From Phoronis australis (taxonomy: Eukaryota; Animalia; Phoronida), in contig NMRA01000027.1 of assembly GCA_002633005.1 (NCBI GenBank), positions 6,489 through 70,488 of the forward strand: a stretch of 64,000 bases of DNA, in the 5' to 3' direction. The translations under genes were made by a program, and so were the position numbers. Below are positions 63,830 to 64,000 of this stretch, in pieces. A model generated the notes under the pieces. That model did not search any database. It was not told the DNA's origin and saw only the letters and a program-made list of their open reading frames with translations. The first letter of the stretch is position 1. Each line of letters begins with the position of its first letter.

Positions 63830-63986
63830 TTTCCCATTTTTACGCTTTATTAGCATACAAACTGGGCTGAGGAGCTAGAGACCTGACTCAAGGTCTAGCA
63901 GTGTGCCTCAGTGGGACTCAAAATCACGACCTTGGGTAAAGGAAAATGGAAACCTAACCGATCCCACTAGGCCACACTGCCTCCTC
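63830..63986 (-). mobile_element. tRNA-derived SINE, diverged copy of the 6443/7613 family
   Basis: Reverse complement reads gaggaggcagtgtggcctagtg...ggtcgtg...agtcccac...acactgctagaccttgag...tctagctcctcagc. Confidence 0.75.
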
Positions 63987-64000
63987 TACATCATACATTT

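Overview
Eukaryotic, AT-rich, repeat-dense genomic DNA from an invertebrate animal (lophotrochozoan/marine-invertebrate-like repeat content; taxon not provable from sequence). Draft assembly: single Ns at 4044 and 15634, and an N gap at 62660-62945. The only host gene is a dystrobrevin on the minus strand. Seven canonical GT-AG coding exons (38959->10969; 67+81+214+86+152+109+167 = 876 nt, 292 codons, all junctions in frame) encode the N-terminus, EF-hand-like region and ZZ zinc finger. The next expected exon was not found and probably lies left of the window. Introns and upstream DNA are packed with decayed, often nested transposons: an ISL2EU-like element (AT TSD, THAP and YqaJ remnants) containing a TTAA-flanked Kolobok-like element, three TA-flanked CCRTA-ended TIR families (one carrying a HIRAN-like ORF remnant), a 5'-truncated LINE, hAT-like MITEs, tRNA-derived SINEs and many minisatellites. 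The most notable signals are (1) a Helentron/DINE-1-like family whose ~145-bp internal repeats each carry a CTCF-consensus-like motif, (2) a 53-bp satellite born from a TE interior and (3) inverted intronic TE pairs bracketing the coding exons. No prokaryotic system or CRISPR array is present. Family assignments come from motif and terminus recognition, not database searches.
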